Shown: one piece after another, positions 11,861 through 24,094 of the stretch
How the letters are laid out: the number at the start of each line of letters is the position of its first letter
Position numbering within the stretch: the first letter of the stretch is position 1
Origin: Callorhinchus milii
Lineage: Eukaryota
Direction: 5' to 3'
Length of the DNA: 64,000 nucleotides
NCBI RefSeq assembly: GCF_018977255.1
Contig: NW_024704742.1
Location: forward strand, 55,678,001 to 55,742,000
Position numbers and translations under genes: made by a program
The notes under the pieces: model-generated
Databases searched by the model: none
The model's input: the letters and a program-made list of their open reading frames with translations, nothing else
Told to the model about the DNA's origin: nothing

Positions 11861-13024
11861 TCCTCACAGCAGTGGTTTAGTGGGATATGGTCAGGACTGA
11901 ATGAGTGGGGATGGGACTAGGGAGGGGGATTAAGAGAAAAATGTAAAGCAGGAAAGGAGATCAGAGATTAAAGGAGAGGAGATAATTAACCTGCAAGGTT
12001 GACATTTTCAATTTTGCTGGGTTTAAGCAATATAAATTTGTTGAAGGAGAATTTAATCTAACTTTTACACACATTATAAACATTATCTAATGTCATAAAT
12101 ATACAGACTTGTGTAATTTAATTGCATAATCATGTTTTAGTCTACTATAAAATTAAAAATAAAAATGATAGCAGTGACAAGCAGAGAGAGTGCAATGCAT
12201 GAAAACTATTCAGTTCATTACAGAGTAAAATCACATTTAGATTTGTTTTATTGGTATGTATATATATTTCTTAAATTATAAACAAACAACTCAGTGGCAT
12301 CTCGATAATAGCTTTACTGAGATGAAAAGGGTTTTACATTTCATAGGAATCAACGTCACACACATGCAGCTTTGACACTCAATGTGTTCCCCACCCAACA
12401 ATTCACTGCAGATCTTGACAAGCTTCAAGAAGAATGGAGCGTCAACTGGCAATGAACTTGAACCAGTGTCAAAAAAAATTAAATCTAAATACTATCAGTT
12501 GCCCTTGGGTTAATTCCCAGCCCCCATATCTCTAGATAAATTGTTAAGCCTTTTTCAACACTAACAGAATGATTTTATATTGAATTATAAAAACATCATT
12601 GAGTGCTATTGAAATATCGCAACAGAGACTGATGAAAACATGGCTATGATCCAGAATACAACAACGAGTTTGTTCTAGGGCGCTCTTTAATACACAGCTG
12701 AGGATTTTAAGGCGTGGAAAGATGATTTAATTGTGTTTCACTGCTTACAATAGTCAATATGCTTTTTATTATTTTGCTTTGTAGCATACGAATTGTGGCT
12801 TACATTTCAGGATCTAGGCCAACATTTCAGAACAGAATCTCTGCGTTATAGATTCTGTTAGAAAGGCACGGTTTTAATAATAATAATAATCATTGTATTT
12901 GATATGTAAAAGCATTTGATATCAAATGTAAAGATTATTACTATTATAGTGCCTTATATGTCAGTGAAATGCTGCGCAGGATTTATTAGAAAGTGTAGTG
13001 ACTTTGTACTTTGTAAGCAAACAT

Positions 13025-13330
13025 GTCAGTCAGCTTGCTGGGAGGGGTTTTGTACAATCTACTGGAGTCTGCATGGGGAGGGGGGGGGGGGGGCTGAAAA
13101 CTCTACTCCAGTGTGCTTGGTGATGGACATTGGCAGTTTAAGTGATACTGAGGATGTAAAATTCATTGTTGTCTTGGACATCGTGAAATTGTACAACCTT
13201 GTTGCTGACAGACTACAGAGAAGCTGCATCTAAACAAAGACACTGCTGGATTAACAAGGGAGTGCATCTCTGGCTATACAGACTGGTTGGAAGATTCTGC
13301 ATATATTCTCTTGTGTGGTGGATGGACTCT
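13025..13330 (+). mobile_element. Very old LINE RT fossil
   Basis: Ordered remnants QSACWEGFCT (QSGFR.G.ST), FIVVLDIVKLYNLV (V.LDF.KAFD.V), KGVHLWL, DWLED and VVDG. Confidence 0.45.
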
Positions 13331-13607
13331 ACCAAAAGCCAATTGCTGAAAATAATATTGTTTCTGTTGTGTCAAGTGAATGCAATTATCCATTTCAAAG
13401 CTGTAATAATCCTTCCATTTGATACAGTTATCACTTCACCGGGATCTCTCCAAGCACTTCAAGCTATACTGTAAAGTATAGTGACTGTATAGTTTTTTGT
13501 AGTTGTAATGAAAAGAAAAGTTTTAACAGTCAGTGAATTAGACCCCTATGGTGATCTTCCAAGTGGTGTGGTGGACTGATGCTCTTTGTGAGCTCACAAG
13601 GGAATTT

Positions 13608-13835
13608 CAAGCTGGCTCAGTTGGTAGCATTATTGCCTCTGAGTCAGAAAGTTGTGGGTTCAAGCCTCAATTTGGGATTTTGAGCTCATAATCTAGGAGG
13701 ATAATCTGGGCTAGAGAATTGTTAGGAGTGAGCCGCATTTTTCGAGGTACTGTCTTTCAGACAGGATGTTAAAGCAAGGTCCAGTCTACCTGTGTAGGTA
13801 GTCTCTAAAGATACCATTTCACTATTTGAAGAGTT
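13608..13835 (+). mobile_element. Deu-SINE 5' half (tRNA-derived head); a SINE tail lies at ~14045-14154
   Basis: ctggctcagttggtagcattattgcctctgagtcagaaagttgtgggttcaagcc (A box and B box), followed by a degenerate Deu core. Confidence 0.8.
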
Positions 13836-15869
13836 TGCACTTGTCTCATATCGGATCCCCTCACAAACATCTATTTTCAAGGCTGCAGTCACTTTCATAA
13901 CTTATCTGTCAAACACTGGAAATCAACCTGTTTTTCTCCTCTATACATCTACTAAGGCCTTGAAAACCCCCTCATCATGCTTTGACACAGAATTCTTCCC
14001 AAAGTGCTACTACTGGATGTAGGTTTGAGGTGCTTTTCATGTCAAATAAATATATACAGTCAATTCACTTTACATTATATTGTGTGAAGCTTCTTGAGAT
14101 GTCTTGAAGACGTGATAAGGCTCTATATCAAATGCAAGGATTATTATTATTATTAAAAGCATGTCTTACTGGCCTGCTTTTGTATTGGCATGCTCGTCTC
14201 CAGCATTAGGAAGCGAATGGCCTCAAATTGCAGTATAGCATCACTGAGTCAATTTCTTCCCAAATATCACAGATGGAGGCTCATTTTTGTGTGTGTGAGA
14301 GAAAGAGAGAGAGAGGGGTATTTTTCAAAACGGTGCCTTGAAGGATTGTGCGGTGGTTGCAAAAATCATACCAAATGCAAACTATTTCTCCCCAAATTGT
14401 GTCTGTATTGCCACTTTTATGGTGTGCTATTTGCTTTGCAGATTTGCTCTGCCTTGTGAAAGAACCAGTGCTTTTATAGTTCTTTCTGCAATTTTATTGT
14501 GTCTGCAGTCAAAGTTGTGAATTATTTTCTCACTCCCAATATTTGTTGCTACAATGAGCAAAAGGAGCTTTCAAAACGTATAATTTATGCTTTTCTTTAT
14601 AATGTAAGTACTTTTGAATGTGACAGGCATTGCCCATCCAATGCCAGACTGCAGAGATTCTAAGATGTTACAAAGAATCTGATCTGTAAATCAAAATAAG
14701 TAAAAAAACACAAGGAATATTAAGCAATAGGGAACCAGTAACCAAGAGATAAAATTGTATTTCACAAGGAAAATGTCTGTTGGTAATTGACTTCCAAAAG
14801 AAATAACAGGATTTCATATCCTATTTAGAGAGCTTTATATCAGTTGGAAAGTGCATGGATTACGCAATACCTAGGTCTTACAGTGAAATAAATCTCAAAT
14901 CTAACACTTGTGCTCAATTGACTGATGAAAACTGTTATATCTATAATTTTCCTTCAATAGCTCTGGTTCACTGTATTTTCTTGACATTCACATTTTAGAT
15001 CAATTTGGCACACCATCCAGAGCAACATTGTGCTTGAAAGCAGCCATATGTGGAATGAGAAGAGAATAAGTTCCGATAAGATATGTGACACATCACCATT
15101 CTCAATGGGTCAAAGATGCAGGTCCAATAAGGTAATTTTTAATGTGATTCCTTAATAAGGAATGCAAGTGGGCACTTCTTCCAGTGACTGGAAATATGTC
15201 ATTCACGGATCTCTGCTCTGAAAGTAGATCTCGTTGGATCAGAGAAACTGCAGGTCAGAGAGACATATTTCCAGTCTCCTTATTAAGCGATCCAGTTAGA
15301 AATGATTGCATGTTAAACTCCTACATATATCAACCATCTCTATTAATTTGGAATTTTATTAATCTCAGACCGTAAATTCACTGCACATTTTTAATAAAGA
15401 ACATTAGTGTAGAGAAGAGAATTTTCAAGATAACTACCTCCCCCTTTTAGGTCTTCCATTAAAAAGTTTTAATATCTTTCTTTTCTGATAGGAGAAATGC
15501 TTACTTTAATGCATGTGTCACACTCCCATATTCATCCAAAATTCATGCCAGGAAAATACATTTTCAGTAGCACTAGGCTGACTTCATTGACTTCATAGGG
15601 AATGGCATTATTTCCATTCTTGAATGCAGGTTTGCAGTTGCTAATCATTAAATAATGATTTAATGACAAAACTGGCAAAACATTGCTTTGGTCACAACTA
15701 GCAATGGAGCCTTTGATAACTGTTGACATCAATTGGCCTTTCTGTGTGGACGTATCGGGCACGGGCAATGAAAGTAAATGCTTCCACCATAATACTAAAG
15801 GGATTAGTTGGGCTGAATGAATCTGTTTCCATGCCGAATCACTCGATGTAACTCTATGCATGAATAATG

Positions 15870-16065
15870 AAAATGAAGGGAGTTTCTCCTGCTGTCCTGG
15901 CCAACAAATCCCCAAATAAAATTGATCATTCGCTTCCTGGCTGTTTATGGAATGTAACTATGTGCCCATTGACCTCAATGTTACTGCACCTTAAAATAGA
16001 TCCCGTGAAGTGTTTTGAGACATCCTCCTAATGAAAATGGCATTATATCAAATGCATGGATTATG
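15870..16065 (+). mobile_element. Deu-SINE 3' part
   Basis: gggagtttctcctgctgtcctggccaacaaatcccc...attatatcaaatgcatggatta. Confidence 0.75.
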
Positions 16066-16191
16066 AAAATACCATTAATGCATAGATTCTGAGAATACAA
16101 AGGGATTCTGAATCTTTTAAAAAAAACCTGAATTTAATGAATCCCAGGAGTTGCATAGTTAAGGACACTTATTTTAATTTCCCTTTGAAAA

Positions 16192-16501
16192 GGAAGTCCT
16201 GTAGCTCAGTGGTTAGAGAACTCGCTTTGCAAGCGAGAAACCTGGGTTCAATTCCAGGCAGGGCGAAACCTTCGGCAAGTTTCCTTACTCCACACGCCTA
16301 ATAATAATCCCTCCAAAACCAAAAACAATAATAAATTGGTCATTTTCAATCCACGACTGTTTGTGGGACATTGCTGTGCGCAATTAGCTGCCGCGTTAGC
16401 CCACAAACATACACTTTACAGTGCATTCTGTGAAGCGCTTTGGGACATCCTCCCGATGTGAAAAGCGCTATATCAAATGCAAGGATTATTATTATTATTA
16501 T
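16192..16501 (+). mobile_element. tRNA-Ala(TGC)-derived SINE, short form
   Basis: gtcctgtagctcagtggttagagaa-ctcgc-tttgcaa-gcgag-aaacctgggttcaattcc head, then a half CORE-like segment, a Deu 3' part, an L2-like tail and (TTA)n. Confidence 0.92.
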
Positions 16502-17149
16502 AAAAGACCATGGGATTTTGCAATACAAAATGCAAAAAAATTGTATTGTAAAATTGTAAGATTTTAATGGATTATAAACAAAATTACACCAGGCTTTGGG
16601 ACACTGTATTTGTTTCTGGGATAGTTTGAAGCCTTGATGAGCACTGACCATTCCTAAGTTTAATTAAAAGTCAGCCTGGAAAACAAATACTGACTGACCT
16701 ATGAGCCCCATTTAGTGGGCTGATCTATACATAAATAGTGGAGGTTCACGTCATTTACATTCAATCTGAATTAATGCTGGGTAAGACCAGCTATATCAAT
16801 CCCCATCAGCTTCTTCCCATGGGAAACAGCAGGACTACAGTAGACAGAACTTACAGCACTTAATCAACAAAATATACTGGAGGAAAATAATCAACTTTGC
16901 TCTTTATTGGGTAGTCTATCAGTGTGCAGTCACTGTTATCTGTCAAAGATGGATGCTCATGGATCTGACCCTCATAGTGTTTTGGAGCATTGAAAGACTT
17001 GAAAACATTATATTGCAGAACTAAATCAAGCTACATATTTACCGTTGCCGAATGCATAGCCTAGCAAACCTGGTGATGCTTAACTCTTCATGTGAACATC
17101 TGAATACAAGGGACAGATTACCAAGTGGCAGCACAGTCTGACATATAGT

Positions 17150-18322
17150 TCCACAAACGGCTTCTCCTCCAGCCCCCGCACTGTCTCGTGCGGTGTCCCT
17201 CAGGGCTCTGTCCTCGGTCCCCTCCTCTTCACCCTCTATATGCTCCCCCTTGGTGACATCATCCACAGACATGGGGTTAACTTCCACATGTATGCAAATG
17301 ACACCCAACTCTACCTTTCCTCCTCTACTCTCAACTCCACGACCACGATGTCCTGACAGCTGCCTGTCCGACATCGAGTCCTGGACGAGAGACAACTTTC
17401 TTCAGCTCAACGTGCGCAAAACTGAGGCCCTCCTGATTGGCTCACGTCAGCGCCTCCGCACCTCAGGCGCTGACAGCATCAACATCCAAGGCTGCACTCT
17501 CCACCTCTCAAAGCCGTCAGGAACCTTGGGGTTCTGTTCGACCCTGAGCTGTCCTTTCTCCTCATATCCGCACCACAACTGGCACCGCCTTCCATCACCT
17601 CCGGAACATCGCCAGACTACGGCACTACCTCACCCCTCACGCTGCTGAAACTCTGGTCCACGCCTTTATTACCTCAAGGCTGGACTATGGGAACTCTCTC
17701 CTCGCCGGCCTTCCCGGCACCTCCCTCCACACGCTGCAGGTCATTCAAAACTCTGGAGCTCGTGTACTGTCCCGCACCAGGACCACATCACTCCCACCCT
17801 CGCTCGCCTCCACCGGCTCCCCAGAGAATCAAATTCAAGATCTTCATCCTCACCTACAAGGCCATTCACGGCCTTGCTCCCTCCTACCTCTCCGACCTAC
17901 TATACCCCTACCTACCTGCCCGTACCCTCCATTCCTCTGGCTCCGGTCTGCTCCACATCCCCCGCCCCAACTGCCCTACCATCGGTGGCCGGGCCTTCAG
18001 CCTCTCAGCCCCGAGGCTTTGGAACTCCATCCCCCAGTGCCTTCGCCGCTTCCTCCCTTTCCTCCTTCAAGGCCGGTCTCAAGACCTTTCTCTTTGACCG
18101 TGCCTTCAGCTCCCCTCTCGACTCTCTACCCCCTCCTCACTCCCTCCCTTCCCTCCACTCACCATTTTCCCCCTCCTCGCTCCCTCCTTTCCCTCCCCTC
18201 ACCCTGACCATTTTCCCCCCCAAGGCTCAGGTCCTGACCCAACTGTCCAGCGCCTTGGGACATCCTCCCGACGTGAAAGGCGCTCTATAAATGGAATCTT
18301 GTTGTTGTTGTTGTTGTTGTTG
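17150..18322 (+). mobile_element. 5'-truncated L2 LINE
   Basis: [40 protein letters not shown] and a (TTG)n tail. Confidence 0.95.
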
Positions 18323-19821
18323 CATAGGCAGAGCAAATGATGGGTGAAGCTTTTGTGCTCAATTTGAGTGAATGCAGAATCTTGAGATATGACTGAGGCA
18401 GCTCCTTGCAATAATAACAAAATAATAATCCTTACATTTGATACAACTATGACATTTGTATAGCTCCTTTCACGTCGGGAGGACGTCCCAAGGTTCTTTC
18501 TAGAATACCCAAACCTCTCAACATGCTTCACGGATTATTATTGTGACTGTGTAATTGTCAGCTCCTGCTGGAAGTCTAGATTAACTCTTGGACCCCTTGG
18601 ATATTCTAGAGAATTTCAGGCTCCCCAGAATGGCCGTTTTTTCCCCAAAAAACATTAACATTGAATAATATTATTACGAAAATATTATTAATTTGAATTT
18701 TTTTTATCATAATAATAAAACCACAGACATAAAAGAAAATGTATGACTGTACATAACTATAATATGCTTATATATTTAGAATAAGCACTTTGAAACACTT
18801 AAGAATTCTTAAAATGTGTTAAAACACGGTATTTTTTTCTCTTTCCTCTTTTCCCCATCTTTTTTTCTTTTTTATTATAAATTTTATTTTCATTTTATTT
18901 CTGAAATTCCTAATCTCTCTTAACTAATCTATTATTTGTTTTTTTTCTGATGTTTTAACATTGAACATTTTTTGAACAACATCCAAATAAAATTGCCTTC
19001 AATTGGATAGAAACTGGGTCCAAAGACCTGTTTTTTTCTGGTTAATGAAGGATCGAGACACAAAGGATTTGTTTACTTAGTCATGTTAATGAAGCAAATT
19101 ATTCAATCTCTTAGCAACTTTATGAATGCAACACCAAGCACTTAAGAGATTCATTTTGCTGGCTCTGTAGTCTTTTGAAACTGATATTAATGGAATTAAT
19201 TTTCTTACCAGAACAAACTAGGAGATAAAGTCGAAAAAAACAGATGATACTTTGGTTATGGCCTTGTGGCTTTTGTTGAGGAATTGCAGACTGGATACAT
19301 CTCTCAGATTTTACAATGTGTGCTTGGCTAACCTTACCCAGTTCACTTGTTGAATACCTCCTTTACGTGCTCCAGGACGCTATCCCGCATGAAAGGTGCT
19401 ATATAAATGCATGCTGTTGTTTTTGTTAGCTTTGAACCATATTGAATGTAACGAAACAAGCTGTGAGCTATATTAAAGAGGACACAGTATTCTAATAATG
19501 AGCAGCTATAGGCTTTGTGGCTCATTGACATTGCTGGCAGTGACAAATAGGCCAAACTCCTCAGAGAATTCATACTTTTTTAGCTTTTCCAATCACCCGT
19601 GGGAACTCTGCTACAGCTTCCAGAACTAAATTCCCACAGGTTGGCAATAATTATAATGGATCTCCTTAATAAGGAATCTTGTTAAGAAATACTGCAAAAT
19701 AGATCCCTTGTTTCATGTCTCTATTCTCTTTTGGTGGTCTTTGCCCATAATTTTACGCTATAGAGTTCCATTTGAATTTCCAATGGAAATTGCTTACTTG
19801 TACAAGTTGAGAATGGATTAT

Positions 19822-19930
19822 ATAATAATAATCCTTGCATTTGACATAGCCCCTTATCATGTCTTCGAGACGTCTCAAAGCGCTTCACAGAATATACTGT
19901 AAAAAGTAGTGACTGTATATTTTGTGGGTG
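19822..19930 (-). mobile_element. SINE 3' tail
   Basis: (TAA)n-tccttgcatttgacatagccccttatcatgtcttcgagacgtctcaaagcgcttcacag. Confidence 0.8.
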
Positions 19931-20409
19931 AAACTTAAAGATAAAGACAACCATTAAAAAATTCTTAGGCAAAATGCAGCATTTAGAATCTAGGACTAGT
20001 GTATCTATTAGGGCTTTGGCTTGCAGAATTAACTTGAATTTGTAACTATCAATCTTTGGGAAGATTTGTTACTATCTTTGCAAAGGTATCCAAGGTAGAG
20101 CTTGTTTCAAGGTGACTTACCCGACAAAGGTGAGAACAAAGGTAGAAGCAGGGTAGAAGCAGCTGTCAGAAGTGGACTCAGTGACCCCATCTTGAATTAT
20201 ACAGGACTGTAGTATTCCAGTACAATGAGACTTTGAGGTGTAGAAGGCCACTGGGAGATAGGCTTCTTCTCACATTTAGTGGCAAGCTGTTTATTTACAG
20301 TTGGTTTAATTATGGAAATACCCCAATGCTCACCTTAAAGTCCTTATTGTTTTAGCATTGTTAATCCACATCAGTGTTCTCTGGAGATACCCAAGCTTAA
20401 ATTGGAAAC

Positions 20410-20748
20410 TCTTAAGCCCCACATCGGGACTTTAAACTCGTAGTTGAGACTGATACTCCACTGCAGTGCTGGGTGTATGCTGCATTCTTGGAGCTGCCAT
20501 GTTTCAAATGAAATGTTGTTTGGGTGGATGTTAAAGATTCCATGGCACTACTTGAAAAGACAAGGGAGTTTCTCCCGGTTTCTTGGTCAATAATCCCCCA
20601 AATAAAATTGGACATTCTCTTTATGGTTGTTTGTGGTACGTTTTGCCAAAAGATATAGTCAATTCACTTTGCAGTATATTCTGTGAAACAATTTGTGACA
20701 TCTCGAAGACGTAATAAGACGATTTATCAAATGCAAGGATCATTGTTA
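20410..20748 (+). mobile_element. Deu-SINE lacking most of its head
   Basis: ggtggatgttaaagattccatggcactac...gggagtttctcccgg...atcaaatgcaaggat. Confidence 0.8.
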
Positions 20749-21121
20749 TGGATGGAGGATAAATGAATGCCAATTCCACAGTCATCATCACAGCTCTGAA
20801 CTCTCAAACATTGACTCCTCTGTCAAGATTGGCTAATAATACACATAGTGCAGAAGCCACACACAAGCTATATACAGCAGTATTAAATCTCAGTGAAATT
20901 TTAACTACTGTGTTACTCAATAGACCTCAAGGAGAAATTCAATTTAACTAATTAAGAAGCCAAATTATTTAAGAAGTAAGTCATACATTAACCATAAAGC
21001 TGATGATTTGCAGATCTACACTCAATTGCAATTAACAAAACGGAAAATAAATAAACAATCCTTGCAATATATTACCTTTCACATCAGGAGGATGAGCAGC
21101 CATTACTTTCATTTTAGAAAC

Positions 21122-21679
21122 TGAATACTGTGTGCAGTTTTGGTCTCCTTATTTAAGGAAGGATGTACTTGCCTCAGAGGGGGTGCAGCGTAGATTTACT
21201 AGATTAGTACCAGGGATGAAGGAGATAAGTTACGAGGATAGGCTGACCAATTTGGGCCTATATTCTCTAGAATATAGAAGAATTAGAGGGGATCTTATAG
21301 AAACCTATAAGATCATCAAAGGGCATAATAGAGTAGATAGTGGGAGATTGTTCCCCTGGTTGGAGAAACTAAAACCAGGGGTCACAACCTTAAAATCAGA
21401 GGCCAGCCCTTTTGCACTGAGTTGAGGAAGAACTTCTTCATTCAAAGGGTGGTGAATGTATGGAACTCGCTATCCCAAACGGCTGTTGACGCTCAGTCCT
21501 TGAACATATTCAAGACTGAGATGGATATATTACTTATTGCAAAAGGGATTAAGGGATATTTGGATAAGGCAGTGTTATGGTATTAGCTGGAGTTAGATTA
21601 GAAGATCAGCCATGATTGAATGGCGGGGCAGGCTCGAAGGGCCGAATGGCCTACTCCTGCTCCTACATGTTATGTTATG
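21122..21679 (+). mobile_element. 5'-truncated CR1-clade LINE
   Basis: EYCVQFWSPYLRKD..EGVQRRFTRLVPG...YEDRL..LGLYSLE.RR.RGDLIETYKI. 3' hairpin caggctcgaagggccgaatggcctactcctg and an (ATGTT)n tail. Confidence 0.93.
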
Positions 21680-22119
21680 AAGTTCAAATTCAGCCCAGAC
21701 TGATAGGATAATGTCTTCTTTCTTAGATGGCAATAGGTTACATCTCTGCTTGTTGATAGATTCAACCAAACTTTGCCATTACATGCCTATTATTTTCCTC
21801 TTGCTATTAAATTTACAGATTTTTGAGTTTATAATAGTGTTTGAGTTTATAATCATTTTTATAATAGTGAAAAGTGTTTATTGACAATCATCAGTAAGTT
21901 TATCAACATTAAAGTATACACATTTTGATGTTATAAGTGGGTATATTTACCTGAGAAATACCTTTAAAGAGAATAACTTTATAAGATTTTAAATGTGCTC
22001 TGCCAGTCAATCAATCTAATCCACAGTGAGGTTTGCCTACCTATAATTTGGCATTAATTTACCAGTTACAGTCAATGATCACTAGGATGGATGATGTGGG
22101 AAATGGAAAGCGACTCAAT

Positions 22120-22327
22120 TATGCAGAGAAGTGAGTTTCTCCCAGTGACCTGGCCAACAATCTCCCAAATAACATTGGTCATTCAATTCATGACTGTTTG
22201 TGGGACATTCTTGTGCATAAATTGGCTGTGGCATCCGCCCATAAAATACACAGTCACAATATATCATGTGAAGTGCTGTGAGACCTCCTATTTGATGTGT
22301 TATGCCAAATGTAAGGATTATTATTAT
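22120..22327 (+). mobile_element. Deu-SINE 3' part
   Basis: gagtttctcccagtgacctggccaacaatctccc...gtttgtgggacattcttgtgc...aaatgtaaggattattatta. Confidence 0.75.
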
Positions 22328-22679
22328 AGAACTGTGTTTTTTTTTAGGCTGGAGTTATTATTCTGGCAAAGGGAGGTTTTCTCTGCATCTGGCTGTACTG
22401 TGTTTGACCTGCAAATGCTTAGTACTGATACTGGTTGCCAAAAATAGAAAACTGTTCCATTCCCATCATTGATTCCTTTACTTTAATGAGCACAAAATGT
22501 CACTGAAAAATAATTTCTTGTTAACAATTTTGAAAAAAAATCCATGGAAATTAAATTCCTTTAGGGACTGGAATATTATACTCTCATTAATAGTCTGACT
22601 GAACAATGAATGCAGTTGTTTGGATTTAACTGAACCTTGAAGAAATGAAGCAAAAGTAGCAGTGATACATTTACTTACA

Positions 22680-22805
22680 ATGGGGGTAAAGGGAATAGAG
22701 AGACGTGGGGGAGAAGGGAATAGGTAAATGTGGAGTGAAAATCAGCACAGATTAGTTGGACTGAATGGCTTGTTTCTATGTTGTAGATTCTATTTAATTT
22801 TATGT
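22680..22805 (+). mobile_element. CR1 3' tail fragment
   Basis: cagcacagattagttggactgaatggcttgtttctatgttgtagattcta. Confidence 0.65.
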
Positions 22806-24094
22806 CTCTGATTATCCTCTCCCTTGTAACTTTACAAGTCATGAGGCTTAAAAACCTGCCTTTTTGTCACTAGCTCCATTTCCTGCTCAGAAAATCAGAA
22901 AGTGCAACTGAGCAGATAGTGAGGCTGAGGAAAGGCATTTGGTTGTAATCCTTCTCTCTAGAGGACAAAACTTTAGCTACATCTAAGAGAAGGGGAATAG
23001 TTAAAAAAAACTCTGGTTAGCATGAACCTCAGTATATTTTAACAATGGCAAATTAACAGGAATAATTCTTCCAACCTGCTTTTGATTACCATACTCGGTT
23101 TCTTTTAAAGTATTTGGCTGTTGCAACATTATCACCAGCAGAAAAATCTTTTCATCCAACAGAGATCATTACTCCCTTTAACATAAAAAGCAAAATGTAG
23201 ATCAGTGGGTAGAGCACATACGCAACTGCTGATGCGATTATGAAATCTAAAATAAAGATCACAATACTAAAGCACCCGTTTAAAGATTGGCTGAGGACTG
23301 ATGCCTGACTTAGTTTTGTTTGATCAATGCCCTTGCTCTGAGGTACAGGGCACTCTTGTGGGGTCTAAGATATCCTAATCGCTAAAAATAGCGGGGTTTT
23401 TTTNGCTCTGTCTTGAAAATGAGATTTCCCATTATAAAGACATATCGAAAAGGTCATTGATCAGCATGAAATAAACCCTGCTACGTCTTGACTACTTAGA
23501 AATAATATTTGCTTTCCTGCAAAAAACTAAAAGGATCCAGTTGGTGCAGATGCTGGTTTGATGCCTTACTGTCTGAAACCAGCATTTTGTAGCTCCTGAA
23601 TTTTTAAAAATTGCACAACATATAGTTGACTTTGAATTGCACTTTGCTACAAATATTTATACACTGAATGCCGCAGCAATGATGCTCAGGATGAACTCCA
23701 CTGCTTATGTTTTGGCACTGTGTTAGAATGGAACACTTCTCAATGTTTGCAAATAATGATACAGAGTCACAACCTTTACAAGATGTTTAAAGGTTCTCTG
23801 AAATAGCCATCCTTTGGAGGAAGTCATAACCAAGGTTAAAAATTCAGCAAGACTTTTTATAACTCCTGCCTGCAAATTTAAGATGTAAACATTATTTTCC
23901 AAAAGTATTTTCTTAGTAATTCCCAAGGCCCATTAACACCAATTATTTTTACTCCTTTATCTTGTAACTTTGTTCTTCAAGAGAAAATCTAGGTTGAAAG
24001 GATAGAGTGATTTTTTTTCTTGACTTGGTTATTTTTAATTCTGGGTGTTGATGAAGCTGTATTCTCAGAGCAACATTGGTTAGCTTCCTCATCC

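Noticed and set aside
23404..23404. Single ambiguous base n
   Set aside because: Assembly ambiguity after a T-run, with no biological meaning.
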